Shown: positions 26,870 through 38,523 of the stretch, piece by piece
How the letters are laid out: the number at the start of each line of letters is the position of its first letter
Numbering within the stretch: position 1 is the first letter of the stretch
Assembly: GCA_963697895.1 (NCBI GenBank)
Contig: OY969100.1
Span: 1,440,001 to 1,504,000, forward strand
Length of the DNA: 64,000 bases
DNA from: an uncultured Methanomicrobiales archaeon
GTDB taxonomy: Archaea > Halobacteriota > Methanomicrobia > Methanomicrobiales > Methanospirillaceae
Reading direction: 5' to 3'
Position numbers and translations under genes: made by a program
Notes under the pieces: generated by a model
The model's database searches: none
What the model was told of the DNA's origin: nothing
The model's input: the letters and a program-made list of their open reading frames with translations, nothing else

Positions 26870-27019
26870 CTACGCATTTTTTGTATATTTGTCCGGGTCA
26901 GCATCAAATGCCTTCTTACAGCCGGGAGCGCAGAAATAATACTTTTTCCCCTGGTACTCACTCACCAGTTTCGCTGTTTTTTCATCCACCTTCATCATAC
27001 ATACCGGGTCCGTTGCCAT
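26870..27019 (-). CDS. YHS/TRASH-domain metallochaperone, 49 aa (missed by the ORF track)
   Basis: MATDPVCMMKVDEKTAKLVSEYQGKKYYFCAPGCKKAFDADPDKYTKNA*, with GAGGT SD directly after the copA stop. Confidence 0.9.
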   Translation of the reverse strand: MATDPVCMMKVDEKTAKLVSEYQGKKYYFCAPGCKKAFDADPDKYTKNA

Positions 27020-27030
27020 GGTCTGTTACC

Positions 27031-29502
27031 TCAGCCTTGAGGTGCTCTGGCCGGAGGTATATACTTTTTGAGCATAAGGGAAAGACTGATGACCGTTACC
27101 GAACTTAAGGCCATAGCAAGTGCCGCCAGCTCCGGCCGGAAGATATACCCGGAAATGGGATACAATATTCCTGCCGCAATGGGGATCAATGCCGCGTTAT
27201 AAGCGAATGCCCAGAAAATGTTCAGCTTGATTCGGGACATTACTTTTCGGCTCAGCTGAATGGCCCCGACCGAATCTGTGAGGTCATCCCGGACCAGAAC
27301 AATATCCCCGCTCTCAATAGCGACATCGGTACCGCTCCCGATGGCGATGCCGACATCTGCCTGGGCCAGTGCGGGCGCATCGTTAATTCCATCGCCCACA
27401 AATGCCACGACCTGTCCTTCGTTCTGCAACCTCCTGACTTCGTCCGCTTTATCCTGAGGGAGGACCTCGGCGATTACCCTGTCGATACCAATCTGACCCG
27501 CGATTATCGCAGCTGTACGCCGGTTGTCACCAGTGATCATCGCGACATTTAAACCCATATATTTGAGTCCGGCGATCGCATCCGATGCTCCATCTTTGAG
27601 CCGATCTGCAATCCCTATCGCGCCTGACAGCACGTTGTCGAGGGCCACAAGGATAACCGTCTTTCCTTCCTGCTCCAGCCGGGATATCCTGCCTTCGGCA
27701 TCCTCTTCAACCCGGATTCCCCGCTCCTCCAGGAAATTCCTGTTTCCGATGATAACTGCGGTCCCCTGTACATCAGCCCGAACACCCTTACCCCCGAACG
27801 TGTCGAATCCAGTGACCGGATAGAAGGAGATTCCCTGATCTTCGGCTTTCCTGACCACTGCGCCCGCAATCGGGTGTTGGGAATTTTTTTCCACACTCGC
27901 AGCCAGTGGGAAGAAAAAAGGCTCGCCTTCGCGAAATGTGATTATATCCGTTATTTCTGGTTTTCCTCTCGTTAACGTTCCAGTTTTATCGAAGATCACT
28001 GTTGTAAGATGGCTTGAGACCTCCAGCGCATCGCCATTTTTCACCAGGATCCCGAGTTCTGCTCCCCGACCAACACCGACCGTGATAGCCGTCGGTGTCG
28101 CGAGGCCGAGCGCACAGGGACACGCCACAACAAGAACGGAAACGAGGGCCGTCAATGCGAAAAGAAGGGTAGATCCACCCGCAAAATACCACAAGGCAAA
28201 GGATGAAAATGCGATAATAAGCACCGTCGGGATGAAATAGGTCACGGCGATATCTGCCACCCTCTGGACCGGAGGCCGGGATCCCTGCGCTTCCTCAACC
28301 AGCCGTATGATCTGAGCGAGTACCGTATCCTTTCCGATCTTTTCCGCTCTGAACCGGAAGACACTGTTGGTATTCAGGGTCCCCCCCACGACAGAGGCTC
28401 CGGGTGTTTTCAGGACGGGAATCGGTTCGCCGGTGATCATGGATTCATCGACATAACTCTCCCCCTCTGCCACCGTCCCGTCGACCGGTACCTTTTCACC
28501 CGGTTTGACCATCACGAGATCCCCTATGGCGACATCCTCGATGGCGATCTCAACTTCCTTCCCATCCCGCACCACTACCGCACTCCGCGGCCGAAGCCCG
28601 ATCAGTTTTTTTATCGCCTCCGATGTCCTCCCCTTCGCACGGGCCTCAAGATACCTCCCCAGGGTCAGGAATGAAGCGAGCATGATCGCGGTATCGTAAA
28701 AGATGAACTCCTGGGTTAGAACAATTTCGAATGTACCGAGAACACTCACGGTAAATGCAACTCCCATGCCCATTGCATACATAACATCCATCGACAGGGT
28801 CCTGTTTTTCAGCGCAATTACCGCTGCCCTGAAGATAGGATATGATACATACACAAAGACCGGTGTCGAAATTACAAACATTGCATATGCCAGAGTCGTC
28901 ATCGGTACCGGTACGTGCAGATACATCAGGAGGAAGAGGGGGATGCTGACCGCAAATCCGATCGTGAACCTCCGGAATTTATCAGCAAGATCCCGATCAT
29001 AGGCTTTTTTTTCTGCTGCAGGACTGATTTCTCCAGCGATTCCGAGATACTGATATCCTGCCGCCTCTATTGCATTTTTTATGTCCTGAATCGTGACAAG
29101 AGAAGGATTGTATGTGACGTGCGCTTCTTCTGTCGCGAGGTTTACGGATGCACTGACGATACCTTCAATGCGCTGCAACACGGTCTCAATAGTCTGAACG
29201 CAGACTGCACAAACCATTCCCCCTACCTTGACCGTCACATCTACATTCAGCACATCATATCCGGCTCCGCGAACCGCTTTTTCAATGTCCGTCAGCCTGA
29301 CCAGGTCTGGATTGTATTCCACGTGTGCCTCTCCGGTACCATAATTTACCTCGACATGGGATACATCGTCCAGTGCTGCGATGGACTTTTCAACGCTCAG
29401 CGCACAGGTAGCGCAGTGCATTCCGGATATCCGGATGTCTGCTTTCTTTTTTCCTTCTCCGGGGTTGTCATCGTTCCCGGACAAGTTTTTTTCTTCATCC
29501 AT
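27031..29502 (-). CDS. copA: Copper-translocating P1B-type ATPase
   Basis: Two HMA domains (GMHCATC, GMVCAVC), [20 protein letters not shown] and MALSS. Confidence 0.95.
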   Translation of the reverse strand: MDEEKNLSGNDDNPGEGKKKADIRISGMHCATCALSVEKSIAALDDVSHVEVNYGTGEAHVEYNPDLVRLTDIEKAVRGAGYDVLNVDVTVKVGGMVCAVCVQTIETVLQRIEGIVSASVNLATEEAHVTYNPSLVTIQDIKNAIEAAGYQYLGIAGEISPAAEKKAYDRDLADKFRRFTIGFAVSIPLFLLMYLHVPVPMTTLAYAMFVISTPVFVYVSYPIFRAAVIALKNRTLSMDVMYAMGMGVAFTVSVLGTFEIVLTQEFIFYDTAIMLASFLTLGRYLEARAKGRTSEAIKKLIGLRPRSAVVVRDGKEVEIAIEDVAIGDLVMVKPGEKVPVDGTVAEGESYVDESMITGEPIPVLKTPGASVVGGTLNTNSVFRFRAEKIGKDTVLAQIIRLVEEAQGSRPPVQRVADIAVTYFIPTVLIIAFSSFALWYFAGGSTLLFALTALVSVLVVACPCALGLATPTAITVGVGRGAELGILVKNGDALEVSSHLTTVIFDKTGTLTRGKPEITDIITFREGEPFFFPLAASVEKNSQHPIAGAVVRKAEDQGISFYPVTGFDTFGGKGVRADVQGTAVIIGNRNFLEERGIRVEEDAEGRISRLEQEGKTVILVALDNVLSGAIGIADRLKDGASDAIAGLKYMGLNVAMITGDNRRTAAIIAGQIGIDRVIAEVLPQDKADEVRRLQNEGQVVAFVGDGINDAPALAQADVGIAIGSGTDVAIESGDIVLVRDDLTDSVGAIQLSRKVMSRIKLNIFWAFAYNAALIPIAAGILYPISGYIFRPELAALAMALSSVTVISLSLMLKKYIPPARAPQG

Positions 29503-29715
29503 ATAATTCACCGGACGATTCGAGCGGACCAGATTGTTCCATCCCTCATTATTCGGGCATGGCAAAAACGTTATGGGGATTTAACAAAATCAGACCACCG
29601 CGAACAAATCTGACACAATGGTGACATCGGGAGAAAAGGCCAAGTTCCAATGACCTGGAAAAAGCATTATATACTAAAATCTTTCTCTATCTGGCGTAGG
29701 AGGGAGGGGACCAAT

Positions 29716-31491
29716 ATGTCTAAATGGCTGTGTACCGTGTGCGGGTACATATACGACGAATACACGGGTGAGCCGGCGACCGGTACGAAATCGGGGACCC
29801 GTTTTGCGGATCTTCCTTCAGATTGGCTTTGTCCGGTCTGTGGGGCCCCGAAAGATGCATTTACCAGAATTCCGGATTCTGACGAACATGCCGGAGCAGC
29901 CACCACCGTATCGGATGTGATCATATCCGAGTTGGAGCACTGGGGCGTCTCCCTGGTTTTTGGTCTTCCCGGCACCTCGTCCCTGGGGATCATCGATGCA
30001 ATACGAAAAAACGGAGCCCTGCGGTTCATAGTCGTGCGCCATGAGGAGACTGCGGCAATGGCCGCATCCGCCTACTATAAGCTGACCGGAAAAATAGCCG
30101 CATGCGTGACCATTGCCGGTCCAGGCGCGACCAACCTCGCTACCGGGCTTTATGATGCAAAGGAAGACCATGCGGCAGTGCTTTCCCTGAACGGCCAGGT
30201 GGAGACACAGTATACGGGACCCGGAGGTTTTCAGGAGATCGACCAGGATGCATTCTTCCGCCCGGTGACCGTCTTTAACAATACCATTTACGAAAAAAAG
30301 ATGACGTTGAAACTTCTTACATCGGCCCTCAAACATGCATTGGTATACCGGGGGGTTGCGCAGCTGTCGGTTCCAAACGATATCCAGAAGGAGCCTCTGG
30401 ATTCTCATTCCTGCATTCGTGAAGCGGAACCGCCCGATTTCAACATTCTCCCGGAAGATGATGCATTCAGACATGCGGCAGATACGATCAACCGTGCAAA
30501 GAAACCCGTCATTCTTGCCGGATGGGGATCCCGCGATGTACCGGAGATGATCCTCGGAATCTCCCGACGCATCCAGGCACCCATTCTCACCACGTTCAGG
30601 GCAAAGGGGATAATTCCGGACGACAATCCCTGGCTCCTTGGCATATTGGGGACCATCGGCTCTGCGCATTCAAGGGCAGTAGTCCGCGACTGTGACCTCC
30701 TCATTACGCTCGGCGTCGGATTCTCGAAAATGACCGGAGTCCCGACGGATAAACCGCTTGTCCAGGTCGATTTCGATCCGGTCAAACTCGGTAAAAATCC
30801 GTCTTCCGTCAGTCTTTTTGGAAACTGTAATCTCGTCCTCCCTGAGCTGTTCCCCTTACTTCAGGAGAAGGAGCCCGGTACCGTTCTCGCCGATATAGCC
30901 CGGATGAAGGTTGAATGGGATGCACAGCGGAACCGGGAAGCCGATCCGGATGCGGTTCCGATCCGGCCGCCATACATCATCAAAGTCCTTGAGGAGACCA
31001 TTCCGGAAGACGCAGTGATATGCATCGATGTCGGTGAGAACGGATGGTGGTTTGGGAGAAATTTCCATATGAAACGGCAGAAAATGGTGATGTCCGGTTA
31101 TCTGGCAACGATGGGGTTCGGTCTTCCGGGCTCGATCGCAGCGCAACTCGCCTATCCGGACAAGTCCGTTATATGCATCACTGGTGACGGCGGTTTTGCG
31201 ATGGCAATGGCCGATTTCATGACGGCGGTGAAATACAACCTGCCAATTATCGTAGTCATCCTTAATAATCACCAGCTGGGCATGATACAGGTCGAGCAGA
31301 TGGAGGAAAATTATCCGAATTTCGGGACTGATCTGGTCAACACCGATTTTGCCTCATATGGCGAAAAATGCGGGGGTGTCGGTATACCTGTCACGAAACC
31401 GGCTGAACTACGCCCTGCAATCGATCGCGCACTGCTGATAAAAAAACCGGTGATCCTGGATATCGAGACCGACCCAAAGCGCTTCAGGTAA
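29716..31491 (+). CDS. Rubredoxin-fused thiamine-pyrophosphate enzyme (pyruvate oxidase/acetolactate synthase-like)
   Basis: N-terminal CTVCGYIYD...WLCPVCGA; RHEETAA, GPGATN, GDGGF...NN TPP motif. Confidence 0.88.
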   Translation: MSKWLCTVCGYIYDEYTGEPATGTKSGTRFADLPSDWLCPVCGAPKDAFTRIPDSDEHAGAATTVSDVIISELEHWGVSLVFGLPGTSSLGIIDAIRKNGALRFIVVRHEETAAMAASAYYKLTGKIAACVTIAGPGATNLATGLYDAKEDHAAVLSLNGQVETQYTGPGGFQEIDQDAFFRPVTVFNNTIYEKKMTLKLLTSALKHALVYRGVAQLSVPNDIQKEPLDSHSCIREAEPPDFNILPEDDAFRHAADTINRAKKPVILAGWGSRDVPEMILGISRRIQAPILTTFRAKGIIPDDNPWLLGILGTIGSAHSRAVVRDCDLLITLGVGFSKMTGVPTDKPLVQVDFDPVKLGKNPSSVSLFGNCNLVLPELFPLLQEKEPGTVLADIARMKVEWDAQRNREADPDAVPIRPPYIIKVLEETIPEDAVICIDVGENGWWFGRNFHMKRQKMVMSGYLATMGFGLPGSIAAQLAYPDKSVICITGDGGFAMAMADFMTAVKYNLPIIVVILNNHQLGMIQVEQMEENYPNFGTDLVNTDFASYGEKCGGVGIPVTKPAELRPAIDRALLIKKPVILDIETDPKRFR

Positions 31492-31566
31492 GATAATTCA
31501 GGCTGCGTTCCCTCGAACCAACATATTACCCGGGAATCCATTCCTCACAGAACAAAAAGCCCGGAG

Positions 31567-32830
31567 TCATGAAAGAAGGAGCAGGAATCCGATGTATGCC
31601 AGGCTGTTCAGGATGGTCAGGGGAAGGCCTATCTTCAGGAACATGAAAAAAGAAAGGCTTTCACCTTCCCGTTCAGCATGCTGGATAACGATGACATTAC
31701 TTGCCGCTCCGAGGATCATGAGGTTTCCGGCGATGGTGCTTCCGGCAGCGAGCGCCATGGTCTGAACCGGTGATGAACCTGCTTCGAGAATCAAAGGCTG
31801 GAACAACGCAACGAAGGGGACGTTTGAAATGAATTGGCTAACGATAATACTCGTTCCGATTATTACGGGTACGGAAGAGACTGAGGAAACTCCGACCAGT
31901 GCCTGGAAAAGACCGGTGTTAAAAACACTTTGCATCAGGATGAACATCGCGATGAAGAAGACCAGGGTTCTCCAGTCAATGTTTCTCACAATCTCCGATC
32001 GTCTCTTGCTGAATATCAGGAGGGGAAGGGCCGCGCCCAGCGCAATTACAGAGAGCGGGAGATACGGTGCCGATAAGATTTGGGCAGAGATGATCTGCAA
32101 AATAATAAGGCCGATAACCAGAAGAAGTGAGATCTTCGATAGTCTTGCAAGCGCGGGATCCCTGACCGGCTCTCCATAATATAGCGTAAATCTTTTCTGA
32201 AATTCCTCTTTAAAGAAAAATTTCAGGAGAACATAAATGAGAAGAAGATTGATCAACGTCGGGATCCCCAGGTAAATGAGAAAAGTAGGAAAAGGATCGG
32301 CCAATCCGCTATTGACGGTGACCAGCAGGTTCTGAGGGTTTCCAATCGGACTCAGAACGCTTCCGGTCGTGATTGCAAAGCAGAGGCAGAGGAGAAGGAG
32401 CTGGGGCGATATTGAGCACTTTCGCGACAAGTACAAAGCGAGGGGAGTACCGATTATTGCGAGGGTATCATTCATCAGAACCGCGGATAAGAGAGCGAAT
32501 GAAAAGACCAGAAAAAGAATGAGCTGATCGACATTTCCAGCCCGTCTGACTAATCGATGGGAGATTGTGTACAGGTAGCCACTCTGGTATAGGGCCTCCC
32601 CGAGAACAAACATTCCAAAGAGAAAGACCATCACGTCGATATTAATTGCAGCCAGCGCAGCCGTAAGAGAGATCTGCCCGGTAGCCATAACAGCGATCGC
32701 TCCTGCAAGCATGATCTGCCAGATACGGACTCTGAACTGTCCAACCTGACGTATCGCGATCAGGACAAAAACAATGGCAAGGATGACAACGGACAGATAC
32801 GTAAATTGGTGTTAGGTCTGATGATTGCAT
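31567..32830 (-). CDS. ArsB/NhaD (SLC13-like) anion transporter; 1-nt insertion near 32790
   Basis: SAVLMNDT, SPIGNPQN, ISNVP, STIAGN...GAASN; N-terminus MQSSDLTPIYVSV joins VILAIVFVLIAIRQ in the next frame. Confidence 0.87.
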
Positions 32831-32957
32831 CAATATTGTCTAAAGCCCTCATAACTGATTCGTGTATAATTCCTTTCTCCGGGATTAAGCCCTAGCACGC
32901 GACGAATAGTGAATTTTAGCCGGGAAAAGGGGAAATACCCAGACACCGCAGATTTTT

Positions 32958-33644
32958 CTACCGATGAGGGTTTGTCACATGCCATCGGAGAAGAATCCCA
33001 TTGTCCAGAGGTCTCGCCTCCGCGAGGGTCAATCGGATAAAGGAATCCTCCTCGACGAACCCTAACCCGTCGGCGAGTGTCGGAGCATCTTTTCCGCCAA
33101 TAATCATGTTTCCCATAAAACAGGAGATCTCATCGACCAGACCCGCGTTAAAGAACGACCAGATGAGGGAGCCGCCACCCTCGACCATGATCTTTTTCGC
33201 TCCCAGTGAGGCGAGCTCATCAACAAGGACGGCGAGATCTACCGTATCCCCGCAGGTCCGGATAATTGTCGCAAAGGATTCGAGTGCCTGGGCCTTTTGG
33301 TATTCCGCCTTTTGACTGCATGCGACCACTCGTCTACCCTTCCCCTTATGAAGGATTGCGGAATCAAGGGGAATCCGCAGACGGCTGTCGACAACTACCC
33401 GGATAGGGTGTTCTTCCTTTCCCTGCGAGATGCGCCGTTCGCGAAGATCGGGAGATTTTATGGTAAGCGACGGGTCGTCAGCAAGAACGGTGCCGATGCC
33501 GACCACGATCGCATCGCTGTCGGCTTTGCATTGGTCAACCCTTTTCAAATCTTCCTGCCCCGAGATCCTGACCTGCCGGCGTTCACGCGTAGAGAGTTTC
33601 CCGTCTGCACTCATCGCGACATTGATAAAAACAAAGGGACGCAT
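32958..33644 (-). CDS. 2,5-diamino-6-ribosylamino-4(3H)-pyrimidinone 5'-phosphate reductase (archaeal RibD reductase domain)
   Basis: RPFVFINVAMSADGKL, GIGTVLADDPSL, MVEGGG. Confidence 0.93.
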   Translation of the reverse strand: MRPFVFINVAMSADGKLSTRERRQVRISGQEDLKRVDQCKADSDAIVVGIGTVLADDPSLTIKSPDLRERRISQGKEEHPIRVVVDSRLRIPLDSAILHKGKGRRVVACSQKAEYQKAQALESFATIIRTCGDTVDLAVLVDELASLGAKKIMVEGGGSLIWSFFNAGLVDEISCFMGNMIIGGKDAPTLADGLGFVEEDSFIRLTLAEARPLDNGILLRWHVTNPHR

Positions 33645-33864
33645 GGTAATACGATCTGAACCGAAATTATTAGAGGGTTATGGAGTGGTGCCGGTTCCGA
33701 TCTGGAGACCGCCGTTATGAGAAACCGGATTGCATGTCTTTTCACCCGCTACATCTTGTGCATTTTCAGATCCCGTACTCAAAAATAAATTCCATTTGGA
33801 TATCACATACGGGGGAAATCGGCATCGAGGTTAAAATTTGGTATTCAACTGCCTTTTATGTATG

Positions 33865-34299
33865 TCACTCATCCGATAACAGACCCTGCTCTGTTCCCCA
33901 ATGCGGATTTTTCAGTGCGCTGCACCGTGGGAAATGAGTCTCTCCCCAAACCCATGGCTGGTAGAACCCGCACATATCCGGTTTTGTAGTATGGATCGCA
34001 CAATTATATCTGTTCCTTGCCGAACGTCTTAAAAACGGGCAAACGGGCGGGCATTCTCCGGTCGCCGGGTCCCTGAGTTCAACAGATATCAGTTCTCCGA
34101 GATCCTCCGGGTTCAGATCGGCACAATTCACCCAAACCCCATCGTCCCCGCAGCCTGAGAAATGCCTGAGTATATCCACTCTCCCGCTCTCCATCCAATG
34201 AAAGAGGTTCTCGATCGTAGGGGAGATGGAACACCCCCAAATCCTGCAGCACAGGCCGCATTGCCTGCACCGATCCCCGCTATATTCTCCATTTTCCAT
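33865..34299 (-). CDS. YkgJ-family cysteine-cluster protein
   Basis: CRQCGLCC...CPFL...CAIHTTKPDMCGFYQP. Confidence 0.85.
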   Translation of the reverse strand: MENGEYSGDRCRQCGLCCRIWGCSISPTIENLFHWMESGRVDILRHFSGCGDDGVWVNCADLNPEDLGELISVELRDPATGECPPVCPFLRRSARNRYNCAIHTTKPDMCGFYQPWVWGETHFPRCSALKNPHWGTEQGLLSDE

Positions 34300-34497
34300 A
34301 TACCGTTCCTCATTTTATCTGATGCCCGACAACGCTCTTCCCAACCAGACTCCGGATCTGACTGTCCGCGATAAAGATCTTCAATAGAACCAGGATATCC
34401 TTTCTTCTGAAATGGAAAGACCAAATCAGGAACATTATCCCATGATCTATATTGATAAGATAACCATGAATAGATTATAAGTATCCGGAGCTGAACA

Positions 34498-35841
34498 ATG
34501 AGGCGGGATATGGATCACTTGCTCAATAATTCGCGGATCAGAATGGTCCCAATCACCGTATTCTCAATTGTATTTTGTTTAATTTTCATAGGATTGTGCA
34601 TAAGTCCCGTTATGGCAGGGGAGAAGTTCATCAGCGGGTATCCGAACCTGTCGGCAACCATCATCGGCCCGAATGAATTCTCTCCGGGAGATTCCATTAC
34701 GCTCCCCGTCCTGGTCCAGAACAGCGGGGTGATCCAATATGAATTTTCCAATCCATATATACTCAACCGTTCGGATCTTCCCAATACGGCAAAATTTGTG
34801 GTGGTTTCTCTCGGGCCCGGAGATGCCCCCGTCTCTATCCGATCAGATCCCCAGACCATAGGGAATATCCTTGGGGGTGGCAGTATGCCGGTCCAGTTCA
34901 ACGTGAAGATAGCCCCCGATGCTCCTTCCGGGACCTATAATCTCCCGATAAATATTCAATATACCTACCTGTGGAACGTGGATCAATACGGACTGGACAC
35001 GCTGCAATATTTCTATAAGGATACTTCAGTGCAACTGGCTCTTCCGATCCGCATAAAACCTGAAGTGCTGCTTGCCGTGAATTCGGTGGAACCGGAACAT
35101 GTCAACGTAGGCACAACCGGATACCTGAACCTGACGATCACGAATATCGGGAATGATGACGGGAGCAATGCGGTCGTAAAACTGACCCAGAACGGTAATA
35201 GTCCCGTACAACCGGTCGCGAGCAGTGTTTATATCGGTGATTTCCCGAAAAATTCTCCTGTTTCCCTTCAGTATAAGGTTGCGGTCTCAAATGACGCTGA
35301 AGCGCTGAACTACCCGGTTAATCTGACAGTGATCTATCAAAACCAGGACGGGGATACCGTCACAACGGACCCGGTTACCATCGGCGTCCCGGTTGGCGGC
35401 AAGATCGGGTTCTCTGTCGTATCACCCCCACCGGAGTTCAATCCCGGGTCCCAGAAGACCATGGATGTGACTTATCAGAATACCGGGTCGGCACCCGCAT
35501 ATGGAGCAGAAGCCCGTATTATTACGGTGGATCCGTTTACGACCAATGATGATACGTCGTATCTTGGCGACATGGCACCCGGGGAAACAAAAACCGCCCG
35601 TTTCGAGATAACGGTCGGTTCGAGCGCAACGATAAAGGAGTACGCCCTTGATTCTGAGATCAAATTCCGGGACGCACTCGATAATGACCAGATATCGGAC
35701 CGTATCAAAGTACCGGTAGAGGTTGTCGGAATATCAGGGATCGGCTGGCTCCTTAGTCCGTATGGCATCCTCATTATTGCCCTGATCGTCATTGCAATAG
35801 TCTATTTTGGAGTGATCCGAAGAAGGAAGCGGTCGACGTGA
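34498..35841 (+). CDS. COG1361 S-layer-like Ig-domain membrane protein
   Basis: Signal peptide, three Ig-like repeats (PGD...NSG; YIGD; YLGDMAPGE), C-terminal TM plus RRRKR. Confidence 0.85.
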   Translation: MRRDMDHLLNNSRIRMVPITVFSIVFCLIFIGLCISPVMAGEKFISGYPNLSATIIGPNEFSPGDSITLPVLVQNSGVIQYEFSNPYILNRSDLPNTAKFVVVSLGPGDAPVSIRSDPQTIGNILGGGSMPVQFNVKIAPDAPSGTYNLPINIQYTYLWNVDQYGLDTLQYFYKDTSVQLALPIRIKPEVLLAVNSVEPEHVNVGTTGYLNLTITNIGNDDGSNAVVKLTQNGNSPVQPVASSVYIGDFPKNSPVSLQYKVAVSNDAEALNYPVNLTVIYQNQDGDTVTTDPVTIGVPVGGKIGFSVVSPPPEFNPGSQKTMDVTYQNTGSAPAYGAEARIITVDPFTTNDDTSYLGDMAPGETKTARFEITVGSSATIKEYALDSEIKFRDALDNDQISDRIKVPVEVVGISGIGWLLSPYGILIIALIVIAIVYFGVIRRRKRST

Positions 35842-35931
35842 TCCCAGGGATCCGTGTGGATGAGGGGTTTCCAGGGGCAGCATTGCAACTACTTCTCCTG
35901 GAATTTCGTAAGTTGTGAAAGGACCTGATGC

Positions 35932-37014
35932 ATGAACCAGAACAATCTTTTGGGGAATTCGATTCCTGTGGCGCCACCGGATGTCCCTGGAATACGGGAT
36001 ATAATTCCCGTTTCACCGGTGAGTGGTGACGATATCATCAGGATCGAACACGTATCAAAAATATTCAGAAACCAGAAAACAGTTGTTGCCGTTGACGATG
36101 TCTCGTTCAATGTAAAACGGGGAGAAATATTTGGCCTTCTCGGACCGAACGGAGCGGGAAAGAGTACTCTGATTCGTATTCTCACTACATTGATGAAACC
36201 TACGACCGGGACGGCCTGGCTGGACACGTATGAAGTAACAAGGGACGAAGAAAAGGTCAGGGCGATCATAGGGGTCTGTCCCCAGAACAGCACGCTCGAT
36301 ATCGAGCTCACCGCGTATGATAACCTTTCTTTTTATGGAAAACTGGTCAACGTCGATGACGAACACCTGGATGCCCGGATATGGACTCTCCTCAAGATGT
36401 CCGGGCTCACCGACCGTGCCAACTCCAAAGTCGCAACCTTTTCGGGAGGTATGAAGCGAAAACTGGAGATTGTGCGGGCATTCATCCATCATCCGCTCAT
36501 CCTGTTTCTCGACGAACCGACCATCGGGCTCGACCCGGAATCGAGACACGAAGTCTGGGGACAGATTTCATTGTTGAACACGGAGAAGACAACGATCATC
36601 CTTACGACTCACTACATGGATGAGGCAGAAAGGCTCTGTCAGCGCATTGCCTTTATGGATCAGGGACGCCTTTTGGCTCTGGATACTCCGCAAAATCTCA
36701 AGCGCTCGATGCCGGCAGGGGAATTGATCGAAATCGGTGTTGAGAACTACAATGCCGCAGTCGTTCCTGTGATTAAATCGCATGCTCAGGTCATTTCCGT
36801 CGAAATGAAAGAGGGAAAAGTGCTTATCTCCGCAAAAAATGGAAGCAGCCTTCTCCCAGCAGTGATTGCGGATCTCCAAAAATTCGGCATCGGTATCACC
36901 ACTATCTCGATAAGATCCCCCTCATTGGAGGATGTATTCCTTTCTGTCACCGGAAAGCACCTTGAGCATCAGGGAACGGACGAGCAGGTCGCTCGGGGGA
37001 GAGGATCGAGGTGA
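35932..37014 (+). CDS. ABC exporter ATP-binding subunit (DrrA-like)
   Basis: GPNGAGKST, FSGGMKR, LFLDEPTIGLD, LTTHYM. Confidence 0.95.
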   Translation: MNQNNLLGNSIPVAPPDVPGIRDIIPVSPVSGDDIIRIEHVSKIFRNQKTVVAVDDVSFNVKRGEIFGLLGPNGAGKSTLIRILTTLMKPTTGTAWLDTYEVTRDEEKVRAIIGVCPQNSTLDIELTAYDNLSFYGKLVNVDDEHLDARIWTLLKMSGLTDRANSKVATFSGGMKRKLEIVRAFIHHPLILFLDEPTIGLDPESRHEVWGQISLLNTEKTTIILTTHYMDEAERLCQRIAFMDQGRLLALDTPQNLKRSMPAGELIEIGVENYNAAVVPVIKSHAQVISVEMKEGKVLISAKNGSSLLPAVIADLQKFGIGITTISIRSPSLEDVFLSVTGKHLEHQGTDEQVARGRGSR

Positions 37015-38099
37015 TCCGGGGAGCAATCGCTATATTCCAGCGGGATTTCAAAAAATTTCTCAGTAACCCGTTTGTCCTCTTCCTTACACTGATGATCCCC
37101 ATCATGTATCTTTTGATCTTTGGGAACGCAATAGGGGGGACTATCACGGGGATACCGATCGGTGTCGTCCAGGAGCAACCGTACGTGACAGAAACGCCCC
37201 TGTACACAGCAGCCGTCGATAACCTTGAAAATATTCATCAGTCCGATAAACCCGGCCTTTTTCTTGTGACTCGCTATACCGATGAAAAAATAGCACAGGA
37301 CGCGCTGTCAGCGGGAAAAATTTATGCGGTTGTGGTGTTTCCCTCGAACATATCCCCGGGTCGCGAGATCGGTTTGTTTGTCGACAGTTCGGAATTTACG
37401 ATCCCATCCCTGATTGAGTCAGGGGTAACCAGTTCCATCATACAAACAGGGGCACAAAACCCCATAAATACCGTTAATATATATGGGACGATTGAATATC
37501 TGCAGTTCTTCGGGGTCGGGGTCATCGTCCTGGCAATATTCAGCACTACCTTGTTCGGGGGTGGACTCGCCCTGATCCGTGACCGCGAGATGGGAATCAT
37601 AGAGGGATACCTCGTTACACCGGTGAAGCGGTCAAGTATCATTCTCGGGACAATCGGAAGCGGAACGGTTAAAGCATTCTTCGCCGGGTTTGTTATCTTC
37701 CTTGTTGATATCTTTGTAGCAGGAGTTATCGTAAGAACTGTCCAGGATTTCTTCCTGGTCCTTCTGGTAATATTTATTACCAGTATCGGGGTCACCAGCC
37801 TTGTGGTCTCGATCGCTTCCCGTTTTTCAAACCAGCAGGAATTCGCGTCTACCGTCGCATTTCTCAACCTCCTCCTGTTCATGACAAGCGGGGTTTTTTA
37901 CCCGATCATCGGAATGCCGGAGTGGCTCCGGTGGATTACGGTGATAAACCCTGAAGCATATGCGATTCACGCGTTAAGGAGCATCACATTGAGAAACCAG
38001 GGTCTGAGTGTCATATGGTTTGACATCGTCGCAATCCTCATCTTCTCGGTAACGATGATTGCTCTCGGGATAATCACGTACCGAAGGACGCTTGAATAA
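37011..38099 (+). CDS. ABC-2 type permease
   Basis: DREMG...LVTP, SGVFYP...MPEWL...NP; six TM helices. Confidence 0.92.
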   Translation: MIRGAIAIFQRDFKKFLSNPFVLFLTLMIPIMYLLIFGNAIGGTITGIPIGVVQEQPYVTETPLYTAAVDNLENIHQSDKPGLFLVTRYTDEKIAQDALSAGKIYAVVVFPSNISPGREIGLFVDSSEFTIPSLIESGVTSSIIQTGAQNPINTVNIYGTIEYLQFFGVGVIVLAIFSTTLFGGGLALIRDREMGIIEGYLVTPVKRSSIILGTIGSGTVKAFFAGFVIFLVDIFVAGVIVRTVQDFFLVLLVIFITSIGVTSLVVSIASRFSNQQEFASTVAFLNLLLFMTSGVFYPIIGMPEWLRWITVINPEAYAIHALRSITLRNQGLSVIWFDIVAILIFSVTMIALGIITYRRTLE

Positions 38100-38358
38100 T
38101 TTTTCCGGCACGCTTCAAAGCGGTGCGGCTATCCATCATTCGCTGGACTCACCGATCTTTTTTCGTCTCATATTTAACTAATAAATGAATATGCCGACTG
38201 CAGTCCATATCGGACTGAATAGAATCGCATACTGACGGGGTTATGCGAGCAAGAGGCTGCATGAAGCGATCTCGAAATCAGTTCAGAACAACGGGGCTGC
38301 TTGAAATTATAATTTTACAAATAGAGAGGGAAAGTTTTCCGGTTTCCCCTCATTTCAA

Positions 38359-38432
38359 TGCCTCAGCCCGGATTTGAACCGGGGACAACCAGATCTTCAG
38401 TCTGGCGCTCTCCCAAACTGAGCTACTAAGGC
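38359..38432 (-). tRNA. tRNA-Phe(GAA)
   Basis: Reverse complement GCCTTAG...CCAGA-CT-GAA-GA-TCTGG...GTTCAAATCC...CTGAGGCA. Confidence 0.96.
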
Positions 38433-38523
38433 AGGATACCAGTATAGGATTTTTAGCATAATAAATGATCTGGTTTTGAAAAGAAAGCCCATATTTTTAT
38501 GCTCCGCGGTGGATTCTTTGAGG

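Noticed and set aside
38195-38250. Two short hairpins (CAGTCC/GGACTG, TCGCATA/TATGCGA) between the ABC permease and tRNA-Phe; similar hairpin at 35869-35903
   Set aside because: Stems of 6-9 bp can arise by chance and I have no conservation evidence for an ncRNA.
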